From positions 519,911 through 583,910 of the forward strand of contig RQSC01000027.1 in the NCBI GenBank assembly GCA_013416795.1: a stretch of 64,000 nucleotides of DNA, in the 5' to 3' direction. Each line of letters opens with the position of its first letter. Positions within the stretch are counted from its first letter, which is position 1. A model generated the notes under the pieces. It did not search any database. It saw only the letters and a program-made list of their open reading frames with translations, and was not told the DNA's origin. Positions 53,832-64,000 of this stretch are shown piece after piece. A program made the position numbers and the translations under genes. Source of the DNA: Prasinococcaceae sp. CCMP 1430 (lineage: Eukaryota; Plantae; Prasinodermophyta).

Positions 53832-55656
53832 CTAGCCGAGATGCTCCTCTACAATTTCGCCGTTGGTGGCAGCCGAGAGGTCCTCTGCCGTCGTGACTGT
53901 GACGATCTTCTTCGCCGACTTCCCGCTGAGGAATGGCCGCAGCACGTTGATGGCGAAACGCGTGAAGCGCGTCGGGTACAGGATGATGATGCGCTTGACA
54001 TTCTTTCGGTACGGGCGCTCAAGTTGCCTTAAGGGTCGAACAAGCACGCATTGTCAGCACATTGTCTGGCGGAGGCCATTCGCGCGCGTGTTTAGCCTGC
54101 GGGTGAACGAACCTGTAGTACGACAGCAGTCGCATAGCCATCCTCGCACCAGTTGACTGCTCCGCGCCAGATTTTAGGTCGAACACGAGGGCATAGTCGT
54201 TTTGAACGACAGGCGCCAGTGCTGCTTTGACGTCGGCCATCGCCAGGTCGGAGGCCTCCTTCTCAGTTGGCCATGCGCGCGCATTGACGACAACGATGGG
54301 CCGCCGCAATGAGTCAAGACCTGGCATGCGAACCACTTGGATATTTTTGGCCGCTTTTCTGCCTGCCTCGACCCGCTGCGTCTCCTCAGAACTGCTGACA
54401 GCGCGGTCACGGCCTGAAACAGCTTCAGACTCGTCGTCGTCAAGGCCAACCTCAGCTATCGGACGCTCTTCTTCATCTTTCGTACGCGCGGCCTCTTGTT
54501 CCTCGACAGCGGCCTCCTCTTCGGCGGCCACGCGCGCAGCCTCCTCTTCGGCGGCTTTGCGTGCAGCCTCCTCTTCGGCGGCTACGCGCGCAGCCTCCTC
54601 CTCGGCGGCCACGCGCGCAGCCTCCTCTTCGGCGGCTTTGCGTGCGGCCTCCTCCTCGGCGGCCACGCGCGCAGCCTCCTCTTCAGCAGCTTTGCGTGCG
54701 GCCTCCTCCTCGGCGGCTTTGCGTGCAGCCTCCTCTTCAGCAGCTTTGCGTGCGGCCTCCTCTTCGGCGGCTTTGCGCGCGGCCTCCTCCTCGGGGGCCA
54801 CGCGCGCAGCCTCCTCTTCAGCAGCTTTGCGTGCGGCCTCCTCCTCTTCGGCGGCCACGCGCGCAGCCTCCTCTTCGGCGGCTTTGCGTGCGGCCTCCTC
54901 CTCGGCGGCTTTGCGTGCAGCCTCCTCTTCGGCGGCCACGCGCGCAGCCTCCTCCTCGGCGGCCACGCGCGCAGCCTCCTCTTCGGCGGCTTTGCGTGCG
55001 GCCTCCTCCTCGGCGGCCGCGCGCGCAGCCTCCTCTTCAGCAGCTTTGCGTGCGGCCTCCTCCTCCTCGGCGGCCACGCGCGCAGCCTCCTCTTCGGCGG
55101 CTTTGCGTGCGGCCTCCTCCTCGGCGGCGGCGGCCACGCTCGCAGCTTCTTCGTCAACATCAGTTTTCTGAGGTGAAAGGCTCGAAGCCATGAGGGCATC
55201 GAGCGGATCGACGAGCGGCGCCTCGGGCGCGGAGGACGGCTCGCCGAACAGCTCCGCCAACGGGTCCGACGCAGCAGTCGGGGTGGACGTTGTTGCCGGG
55301 ACACTGGACAGGTCGAACATGGCTTCGAGCGCGTCATCCGCGGTCACCGTCGCGTCGGCGCCCGGCGCTGCATCTGGTGCTGCAGGCGATGTCAGATCAC
55401 CGAGCAGATCGATGAGGCCGCCGTCTGCCTCCGGTGCGCCGTCGCCGCTGCTGGTGCCGCCAGCGTCAGTGCCCTCGTGGCCGCCTGCTGGCGCTGCCGG
55501 CGCCCCGTCCGCGCCGGCCTCGGCCTCGGCCTCGGCCTCGGCCTCGGCCTCAGCCTCGGCCACGGGCGCGCCCTCGGCGGTGGATCCCTCCTCCGCCTTC
55601 TCGGCGACCGCGTCCCCCTGTGCGGCCCTCGACTTGCTCCTCTTCTTGCGCGCCAT
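53832..55656 (-). CDS. BCH/CRAL-TRIO (Sec14-like) domain protein with a long charged tandem repeat; intron 54028-54112
   Basis: [27 protein letters not shown] and YYR|[41 protein letters not shown]. Confidence 0.82.
54507..55125 (-). repeat. Coding tandem repeat, 27-nt unit ([18 protein letters not shown]), about 22 full copies
   Basis: Counted from the translation; two units carry an extra Glu. Confidence 0.95.
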
Positions 55657-55678
55657 CGCGGGAGCGCCGCGGCGCCCG

Positions 55679-55893
55679 CCGCCGCGCGCGCGCCGTGTGC
55701 CTCGCGCGCCCTGTCAGCACCTCGGACGGATGCCCGCGAAACGCGCGCGCCCCAGCGGATCACCGCGCGCNGCCTCGTACAGGGCAGCCTCAAGCGCCCG
55801 ACCGCCGCGCGCGCGCCGTGTGCCTCGCGCGCCCTGTCAGCACCTCGGACGGATGCCCGCGAAACGCGCGCGCCCCAGCGGATCACCGCGCGC
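55679..55893. repeat. 92-nt perfect direct duplication (55679-55770 and 55802-55893) around an N; probable assembly artefact
   Basis: Identical copies separated by N plus 30 nt. Confidence 0.85.
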
Positions 55894-56216
55894 ACAACGC
55901 TTGCGTTTCGATTGCGCGCCCCGCCCGAGAATCTGCGGTTTTGTCACGGTTTCGCCGCGCGCGCGCCGGATTTCGCGGCGCGGCTCGCGCTCAACGAACC
56001 CTCGCGAGCGTTTGTGAAGGGTTTGACCCTAACAATGCGCGTCTGCGGACGAGCGCCCGCCGGCGCCGGCGCCACAGCAGCGCGCGCGGAGCGCCGCGCC
56101 CGCGCACCGTCCTCCCCCCGTCGGTCCTCGGAGGCGGGGTGCGGCGCGGCGCGCACTGCGCACGAGGGGGGAAGGGGGGGCGGGGTGGAGTGGGGTTGCG
56201 GCGAAATCCTATCGAG

Positions 56217-59200
56217 ATGGCCGCGGGGGATGCGCCGGTGGGAGCTCCGACCGAGCGCAGCGGCGGCACGGACGCGCACCGGCGCGACGTGGGCGGCGCG
56301 GGGCGCTTCGCGTTCGGCAGGCTCGTTGAGTGCTACGATGCGCTTGTCCAGGCGCACGGCCGGCTGCACCGCCGCCGCATCCTGGAGGCGCTCTTCGAGC
56401 AATACGAGGCGACCGAGACGCACCCCGGCAGTGCGCGGACGCACTCCGACTACTTCGCGCTGCTGCGCCTGCTTTTGCCCAGGCTCGACAAGGAGCGATC
56501 GGTCTACGGGCTGAAGGAGACGGCCCTCGCGAAGGCGCTCGTCAAGGCGCTCCACCTCGGAGAATCGTCCGAGGAGGCAAAGAGGCTCTTCGAGTGGCGT
56601 ACCAACGCGGGTGAAGCCACGGGGAACCTCGCTCAGGCGGCGAAGAAGGTGCTACACAGGCGGTGCACCTCGCGGGGCCGCAGCATCAAGGACGTGAATG
56701 ACTACCTCGACAGGCTCATGCGCACCGCTGGCCAGCGCGGTGACGGCGAGAAAGGCAAGGCCTACGGTGCCACCAGCATGCAGGCGGCCGTACTTTCGGA
56801 GATGACCAATAATCTGGGGGAAGAAGAGATGTTTTGGGTAATCAAGCACGTGTTGAAGGATGACTTCAAGCTTGGCTGCGGCGAGACGGCGGTGTTCAAC
56901 GTGTTTCACACGGACGCCAAGGAGCACATGAACACAACCAGCAGCCTACGCGACGTCGCGGAGACGTGCGGGCGCAACCGCAACAAACGCGTACGGCGGC
57001 GGGACGTCGAGGTTGGCAAGTGCGTCCGTGCCATGCTCGCCAGCGCAACGCGCTCTGTGGAGCGCGCAGCGAACGTCATGAGGGGCAAGAACATCGTCGT
57101 CGAGTGCAAGTTCGACGGCGAACGCTCTCAGGTGCACTTCGACCGCTCAAAAGGTGGTGCGCCTGCGGTGCACATGTACAGCCGAAAAATGAATGACCAT
57201 GCGGACGTTTACAAGGTGCTTACACCCATCCTCGAAAGGGCGTTCGCCCCGGGCGTCCAGCGCGCCATTCTGGACTGCGAAGTCGTCGCATACTCGCCGG
57301 AGGCGGCGGCCGAAGGCAAGGGTGGCTTCGTTCCGTTTGGCACGGTCCGCGGCATAGCCAAGGCGCTTGGCGACGGTGGCAAGGATGCTGTGCGCGAGCC
57401 ACGCGACGCCGAGATGTGCCTTATTGTTTTCGACATCATCTACGTCAACGACACCTCGCTCCTGCACTACACTCTCGAAGACAGGCACAGCGTCCTGAAA
57501 AAGCACTTGCGCCCCACGCGCGATGCCGGCATTGGTGCGATAGACCTGGTGGTGCCCGATCTCGTGCCCATTCTTCCGGGGCGCGTGGATCACTACTCGG
57601 ACAGAGCTAGCAGCGGTGGCAAGGAGGCCGAGAGTCTGATCAGGTCGGTCTTCGAGCGCAGCATCGACCGCGCCGAGGAGGGGATTCTGATCAAAGACCT
57701 TGCTTCGCGCTGGGAGCCTGCTGATCGTGGCGATGCGTGGCTCAAAATGAAACCGGACTACGTCAAGGGCCGCGTTGACCTCGACTGCCTCATCATCGGA
57801 GCTTTCTATGGCACAAACAGGCGCGGCGGCGGCATTGCCGAATTCCTCGTGGGGCTCGGAAAGGAGCCCGTCGTTCCCGGCGCGCAGCCAACCCAGTGGG
57901 AGTCCTTCGCCAAAATTGGAGGTGGGTTTTCCGACCAGGATCGCAACACGATCCGAGACAAACTCAAAGACCACCTCATCAAGTATGAACCCAACAAAAA
58001 CCCGCCTGAGTACATCGTGACCCACCACGTGATGGAGCGACCGCACTTCTGGGTGGCGCCGGGCTGTGGGATTGTGTTGCAGGTCGCCGCGGACGTGCGC
58101 TTGATTCACTCCGATGTCTTTGCAAGCAAGTACTCTCTGCGCTTTCCCCGCTGCGAGCGCGTGCGCTATGACAAATCCGCCAACGAGTCCCTCACGGACA
58201 AGGGCCTGGATAGGATCATTGCTGAGAACACGAAGGTGCGTGGCGTGCGTGATGAGGACGGGGCGATGCAGGCAAAATGATAGACACACAGCGCGCCCTG
58301 CGCAAAGGCTGACACGCACGATGCGTTCCATGGGGTATTCTAGGCTGGTGGAGGGGGCATGATGCTTATGACATCGGGGCACCTTGAGGGTGTAGGCAGC
58401 CCTGGCAAAACAAAGACCAAGCAGCGCAAGGCTCCACAGCCGCAGCGCGAAATCATGGAGGCGCGGTACCGCATGCCAGACGGCAGGAGGGTGCAAATGC
58501 TCTCAGAGGCGCTACAGGGCATGCATGTGCACATCGTGCAGGGTGCTGAGGGCGACGCACTGTGGCAGCTGCAGATCAAGGTCATTCGCAATGGAGGGGA
58601 GCTATTGATGAACCTGCCCAAGGCCAAGATGCCAACGGTGCCCAAGAGGACTCTTGGCCGCGGCATGAAGCGCTCAGAGGCGCCGACCCCTGTGGGTGAC
58701 ATGCCTGCGTATGACGATGACATCGTGGTGGTTGCGCCGACCCCCAAAAGCGCCGCTCTCGACATACTACGACGGGCTGACAACGTGGATGTGCTCTCGC
58801 CGGACTGGCTCGACGAGTGCGACGAACATCAGGTGAGAGCTCCCATCCAGGCGTGCCACTATGTGTTCATGTGTTCGGCGACCAGGCGGCGACTCTCTGC
58901 TGAAATCGATGAGTACGGCGACTCGTACACGGAGGAAGTGACGGCAAAGAGGGTGCGCACGCTAATTAATACGGTCTCTTGTGGGCCGCAGGGGGGGGTT
59001 GACGGCTGGCCGCGACGGGGCGCGAGCGCGCGAGAGGCACTGATCGACGAGTACGAGGAAATCCGGACGCCTCTCAATGCCCTTGCAGGCGCATGTATTC
59101 TGCTCCTCCCGACGGCACCTGCGGGCTCTCCAGCGGCCAGGCGCCAGGAGAGCGATTTGCGGGCTCTCGCTTGTGAAGCCCGCTACGCTGGTGCGGAGGT

Positions 59201-59477
59201 GCTGCCAGGGGGCGTCGGCCAGCCGAGTGGCCGGCTGCAAGCCGGAGGCTCGGGTGGCAGCTCACAGGTGTACCCAACGCACGTGGTGCTGTACTACGAT
59301 CCGATGTTTGATATCGTCGAGTGCACACAGCTCGATGGGGCTGTACGAAAGCCCGTGGACATCGCCGTCCGCCACGGAGCGCTGGTTGTGAAGCACACTT
59401 GGCTCGAGGCTTCACTGCGCGGCAACGAGTTCGTGGACGAGAGCGGCCACCGCATGACCGACGCTCGTAGTAGTTAG
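56217..59477 (+). CDS. LIG4: DNA ligase IV; intron 58236-58343
   Basis: LLLPRLDKERSVYGLKE, motif I CKFDGER, EEGILIK, WLKMKPDYV, LDCLIIGAFYG and SLRFPR; the second exon encodes two BRCT-like domains. Confidence 0.95.
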
Positions 59478-59527
59478 TGAGATAGAGGGCGACCGATTGC
59501 GTGTTGTTGTGACAAGTATACATTACA

Positions 59528-62287
59528 TCAGCTGCGCATCGAGCGGCGCGACTCGATGACGTCGGCAAAGGCTTCCGCAAGCCTCTCGACAACGCCGTCC
59601 TGCGCAACCCGCGAATGCACCTCCGCCTCCTCCTCAGGACTCAGTTTTGCCGCCCGCGCTTGGCCAAGGACCACGAGTGTGAGCGCGTCCTCCAGCTCCT
59701 CGCTTTCGGACATCATTAGCCCCCATCTGAGCATCGCCGCTCCGCGCACCACCTCCGCTTCAATCAGTGCGGCGCTCCCTCCGCGCGGCCTCGACTCAGC
59801 GGCCTGTGCAATGCTCTCCAGACACCTCACAATGTTGGCCGCCACCTTGAGGCGCTCATCCGCGGCGCCTTCGAGCCCCGCACCCTCGTTAGCGTAGAAG
59901 GTCTCTAGAACCAGCAGATCCTCCAGCAGCGCAGGATGGCGCTCGTCCTGATGATACCTGCCTTTGATGTCGACGGCCTCCCGAAGGAGCTTCACGGCAA
60001 AGGCGGCCTGGCCTGTCTTTGCCAGCTGCTGCGCTGCGTTGCGTTTGGCCCAGGCAAGCTCTGGCCCCGGTACGTCGACACCCACCGCGGGGCCGGCCTC
60101 CTGTCCCGTGGACTTGAATTTGGACCAGCCTGCCATCTGCTCCTCGAAGGACTTCTCTCTCACCGGCGCGTTGGATTTGGCTTCCCGCTCGCGTCGCCTG
60201 AGCTCCAGGGCGTCCGGAGGGGCGCGCTCCTCCGCGAGCCTTGAGATCTTCTCTGACACGGGGTGCGAAGCGGCCAAGTGACGCGTGCAGCACGCCGCCA
60301 GTGGTCGCGCATGGCGAAGGTAGCGCGTCTGCTGGTTGATGGGACCAACGAGGCCGTCCACCGCACCGGCGGCCATGCTTCTCCCCAGACTCTCCACGTC
60401 GTCCCCTTCGCTGGCACACAAGTCGTAGAAGTGCGCCCAAACCAGCATCGTCCCCTCGAGCAAGACTGCCGCGCCGACGTTGGCACTCGCGGCCCCTGCA
60501 CCGGCGGCGGCCATCGCAGCCTCAGATACCGTCGCATCCATCGCGGCACGAAGCAGCTGATCGGCCCTCGCGGCAAGTGCGGCCGACTCAGCCGAGGCGG
60601 CGCGCTCAACCTCGGCGATCGCTTGCGCGCGGTCGCCGCCGCACGCGTGCTCGAGCGCTGCGCGTAGGTGCAACGTGGTCAGCGGTGCCAGATCATCCGA
60701 AGAAGGCGACTTGAGCTGTCTGGACAGCTCGCTGGCCTCGGTGCTCAACCGCCACTCCTTCCCAGCGTAGGCCAACTCAAAAGCGCACGTGCTGCCGCCG
60801 ACGCCGCCGGCGTCCGCACCGCCGAGTGCGGCCTGACGTTCGCCAAAGACGGCTGCCTCTTCGAACTCCGCCAGCGCGCTCTTGGCTGCCGCGACTGCTT
60901 CCACTTCGGCCATGGCGCCGGCTGCGCGCACCACGTGTTGGGCAGCGTCCTCGCCAATGCTGCCCGCGATCCCTCCCGAGCCCATCATGGCCTGCAGCCT
61001 CACTGCGGACATGAACGATTCGGCAGCCGCCGCCGCAGCGCGGCCGCACAAGTCCGGCAGCGCGAGCGCGGCATCCTCCACCGAGGCAAACACCTGCGAG
61101 AGGGGCTCCGGCTCTGCGACTCCCCCCACGGACGTGATGACTGGACTGGAGGCGCGAGCCATCACCACGATCTCGACAACTGCGGGTTCCGCCTCCTCGA
61201 GCTGCTCGTCCGTCATCCTGTTCATATCACCCATCTTGGTGCCAGGCGGTGGAGCGCGCACCTCGACCGCGCCCTCGATCCGCAGCGAGAGGGGCACCTG
61301 CAGAGCGGCGATGCGCGCTTCCTCCTCGCGCCGGCGCGCCTCCTCCTCAGCGAGCCTCTTCGCACGCTCCTCCGCCTCGAGACGCGCCTTCTCCTTCGCG
61401 GCCGCCTCCGCCTTGGCACGTTCCTCGGCGGCCTTGGCGCGCTGCGCGGCAATCTTCTCGTCGCGTTCCTTTCGCTGTTGCTCTCGCAACGGCGCGAGCA
61501 TGGCCTCACGCTCCGCCTCAGCCTCGGCGGCCTTGCGCTCCTCCTCCGCCTTACGCTCCTCTTCCTCCTTCAGGCGCCGCGCGGCGATCTCCTTGAGCTC
61601 CTCGCGCTCCTTTTGTCGCGCGGCGCGTCGCCTCTCACGCGCCTCCTCCGCGGCCGCGACCTCCTCGGGAGTGCGCATAGGCGCGCGCTTGCCCGCCTTC
61701 TCCGCTGCCCGCGCGAGCGCCTCGCGGCGTGCGGCGGCGATGCGCTCGGCGGCGGCGTCCGCGAGCCCCGCTGCCTCGAGCATCACGCGCATCTCGCGCA
61801 CCGCGCCGAACACTGCGCCGGTCAGCGCGAGCGGCGCGAACCCGAACCCGAGGATGCCATTGCCAGCCGCCGCCGCTGCCGCGTCAGCCACATCCGGTGG
61901 CACGTACACGTTCGCGGGCGGCACCCACGCGGCCGCCGCGGGCGAGGGCGCCGCGCCGCTCGTGAGCGGGGTCAGGCCCCGTGCGTTCACGCGCGCGGGT
62001 GCGTGAGGCGGAGGTGCGCGTGCGGGGGGGGAGGTGTGGCGCGCGCGCCGGGCGCGGGCTGCGCGCGCGGCATAAACCCTCCACGGCTTCGCCCGGGCAG
62101 CAGCCCCCAAATGCGCCCAAACTCCGCCCCGAACGCCACGCGCGCGCGCGAGTGCAGGTGCCAACCAAGAGAGCCCCCTTTGGCAGGTCCGCTGGTGGGT
62201 CCCCGGCTGGTTGCCGTGCGCGCGCGGCGGCGCTTCCGCACAACTCTCGTCCCCCTTCCTTCCCTTTTCGATCTTCCCCCCAACCAC
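59528..62287 (-). CDS. Hypothetical protein: N-terminal hydrophobic segment, long charged coiled coil and C-terminal TPR-like helices; true start uncertain
   Basis: Long ORF with coding-like bias from about 61990 downward; GILGFGFAPLALTGAVFGAV, an E/K/R/A-rich coil and RNAAQQLAKTGQAAFAVKLLREAVDIK; TGTAA immediately after the stop. Confidence 0.7.
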   Translation of the reverse strand: MVGGKIEKGRKGDESCAEAPPRAHGNQPGTHQRTCQRGLSWLAPALARARGVRGGVWAHLGAAARAKPWRVYAARAARARRARHTSPPARAPPPHAPARVNARGLTPLTSGAAPSPAAAAWVPPANVYVPPDVADAAAAAAGNGILGFGFAPLALTGAVFGAVREMRVMLEAAGLADAAAERIAAARREALARAAEKAGKRAPMRTPEEVAAAEEARERRRAARQKEREELKEIAARRLKEEEERKAEEERKAAEAEAEREAMLAPLREQQRKERDEKIAAQRAKAAEERAKAEAAAKEKARLEAEERAKRLAEEEARRREEEARIAALQVPLSLRIEGAVEVRAPPPGTKMGDMNRMTDEQLEEAEPAVVEIVVMARASSPVITSVGGVAEPEPLSQVFASVEDAALALPDLCGRAAAAAAESFMSAVRLQAMMGSGGIAGSIGEDAAQHVVRAAGAMAEVEAVAAAKSALAEFEEAAVFGERQAALGGADAGGVGGSTCAFELAYAGKEWRLSTEASELSRQLKSPSSDDLAPLTTLHLRAALEHACGGDRAQAIAEVERAASAESAALAARADQLLRAAMDATVSEAAMAAAGAGAASANVGAAVLLEGTMLVWAHFYDLCASEGDDVESLGRSMAAGAVDGLVGPINQQTRYLRHARPLAACCTRHLAASHPVSEKISRLAEERAPPDALELRRREREAKSNAPVREKSFEEQMAGWSKFKSTGQEAGPAVGVDVPGPELAWAKRNAAQQLAKTGQAAFAVKLLREAVDIKGRYHQDERHPALLEDLLVLETFYANEGAGLEGAADERLKVAANIVRCLESIAQAAESRPRGGSAALIEAEVVRGAAMLRWGLMMSESEELEDALTLVVLGQARAAKLSPEEEAEVHSRVAQDGVVERLAEAFADVIESRRSMRS

Positions 62288-62728
62288 CCGGGCCTTCGTC
62301 GGAGCGCGCGCGCGCGCGCGCTCGCCCGCGTTTGTCTATCTGTTTGATTGTGTTGCGCGTTCGCGCGTGCGTGTGCGTGTTTTCGGTGCGTTTGGCGTTC
62401 CGCTGTGCGTCGTGATGACCCCGTTTCGTTTCATCGCCGCGGCCGGCCGTGCGCGCGCGCGGCGCCGCGCGCTATTTCTGTTTTTGGTTTGGTTTGGTTT
62501 GGTTTTTCCTTTTTCCACGAGGTTTTCGGGATGCGGGTATTTTGCGCGAGACGACCGCGCTTTCGGGCGGGTGAGGGTGCCCGCGCGGGGTGAGCGGCGC
62601 GTTCGCCGGCGCGCATTTCGGCGCGCGCGGCGTCCCGTACGTCGCCACCGCCCCGGCCGGGCGACCCCCACCTGCTGCGGCGGCCAGGCGGGGAACGGCG
62701 CCCGCGCGACGAAATCCGTGCAAAACAT

Positions 62729-62736
62729 AAACCCTA
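62729..62736 (+). promoter_or_regulatory. Telo-box-like AAACCCTA in a divergent promoter region
   Basis: Exact motif in the AT-rich patch upstream of the E2 gene. Confidence 0.45.
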
Positions 62737-63440
62737 TAGCAAAAAATCAACCCCAATAGATCCAAACCTCAACGCCGATTGTGTGTGTTCTTCCTGCTGC
62801 GAGTGCGCCGCCGCGGCCACACTGCGCTCCCTGTGCGCGGCGCCGCGCGGGCGCGCGGACCGCGAGCGCAGGGCGGGGTTGGCGGGCGGGGGCCCAAGTG
62901 CGGCGCCGCGCGCGCGCGTGGCGCTGCAAACGCGCGAAGGGGGGGCGAAAGGAAGACCGGGGTTGGGTGGGGGGGGTGAGGCGGAAGAGGGAGCGGTGCC
63001 TCGCGGGCGCGCCGGGAAGGCGCGGCGAATGCCCGGCGCGCCCGGGTACCAACCTCCGCGATCGGCCCTGTCGCGCGCTCGCGCCGCTGCGAGCGCGACA
63101 AGAGGGTGGGAGGGAGAGCGCCAGGCGTGCGCGAAGGGGGGCGCCTGCGCGCGGGCTTTCCCGCCGCTTTTTCTCCGTTGGGCCGCGTGCAAGGCTGCGG
63201 GCTTGTGCCGCGATAGCAGGGAACGCGCGAGGCGCGCAAGAGAGTAGCACGCGCGTGCCCACGCGTGCTCCGTACCCACTGCCGGCGCGTGCTCCGCCGT
63301 GTGCGCGCGTGGCTCCTCTCCTGCGTGCGCGGCACGTGCCTGCGCTGACATGCTGACCCGCGCGCGTCACGTCTGCCCTGCGGCCGCTCGTCTGCACGGC
63401 GCGGGGCGCCCCGGACGCGCCTGTTGCCGGCGCCATACAG

Positions 63441-64000
63441 GCTCATGTCGGACTACAAGGTTGAGACGATTGGCGACAGCGCGTGTGAGTTCAACGTCGA
63501 GTTTCACGGACCGAAGGACTCGCCGTACGAAGGAGGCGTGTGGAGGGTACATGTCGAGCTGCCAGGCGAGTACCCGTACAAATCGCCCTCGATCGGCTTC
63601 GTCAACCGCATCTATCACCCAAACGTCGACGAGCTCGCGGGTTCGGTCTGCCTGGACGTCATCAACCAGACGTGGAGCCCGATGTTCGATCTCATTAATG
63701 TCTTCGAAGTCTTCCTGCCGCAGCTACTGCTCTACCCAAACCCTACAGACCCGCTCAATGGAGAGGCGGCCGCGATGCTCATGCGCGAGCCCGAGGCGTA
63801 CAAAGCGAAGGTCAAGGACTACGTCGACCGCTACGCCACGCCACAGCTGGCGGCGCGTGCCGGCGCGACTCCTGGAGGTGACGCTGCGGCAGGGGCCGCC
63901 AGCGGGGATGAGGACGGCATGGACGAGGAGGAGGACGCGCTTTCCGAACTGAGCGACGATGACGACGACGAGCTCGTCGGCAACCTCGACGACCTGGAAT
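63441..64000 (+). CDS. Ubiquitin-conjugating enzyme E2 (UBE2H/plant UBC4-6 class); main exon, 3' end runs off the window
   Basis: LMSDYKVE...[14 protein letters not shown]...[41 protein letters not shown]...[11 protein letters not shown] with the catalytic Cys, followed by an acidic tail. Acceptor CAG ends at 63440. Confidence 0.95.

Noticed and set aside
54507-55125. Regular 27-nt repeat array as a CRISPR-like element
   Set aside because: There are no unique spacers; it is an in-frame coding repeat in a eukaryotic gene.
55679-55893. 92-nt tandem duplication in the divergent region between the BCH gene and LIG4
   Set aside because: The copies flank a single N plus 30 nt of unrelated sequence, the usual signature of a negative-gap scaffold join.
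252-58343. Introns as Introner-type repeated mobile elements
   Set aside because: They share only donor (mostly GTGCG), GCTGAC branch site and CG-rich composition; I see no extended sequence similarity between them.

Overview
Eukaryotic, very GC-rich (roughly 70% by eye), compact genomic DNA from a green alga of probable prasinophyte grade. The evidence is short GT-AG introns with a GCTGAC branch site, TGTAA polyadenylation-like signals and plastid-targeted genes. I annotate about 27 protein-coding loci: a TXNDC9-like protein, FNR, FANCI, a VIR3-like plastid metalloprotease, SF3B1, a HAD hydrolase, ABA4-like and DUF2306-like membrane proteins, an LNR/Pro-rich membrane protein, a J-like protein, a P4H-like oxygenase, ARC5/DRP5B, a LOG-family protein, GH28, a tetraspanin-like protein, DNAAF1, CYB5D1, JMJD5, a four-domain EEEE calcium channel, a securin/PATRONUS-like protein, a degenerate HIBCH-like protein, a BCH/CRAL-TRIO repeat protein, LIG4, a UBE2H-type E2 and several orphans. 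I found no rRNA, tRNA, CRISPR array or recognisable transposon. The most unusual structure is at 12.3-14.4 kb: an inverted duplication of an orphan basic coiled-coil gene across an N-gap. Its left copy carries two segments of exactly 55 nt that are mirror images (reversed, not complemented) of the right copy. This is most likely a k-mer assembly artefact but needs checking against reads. Other leads are a candidate bicistronic ABA4-like/DUF2306-like pair, a securin-like degron protein, a Notch-LNR/extensin-like membrane protein, a divergent tetraspanin and a head-to-head pair of ciliary genes. All family assignments are from motif recognition by eye; no database searches were run.
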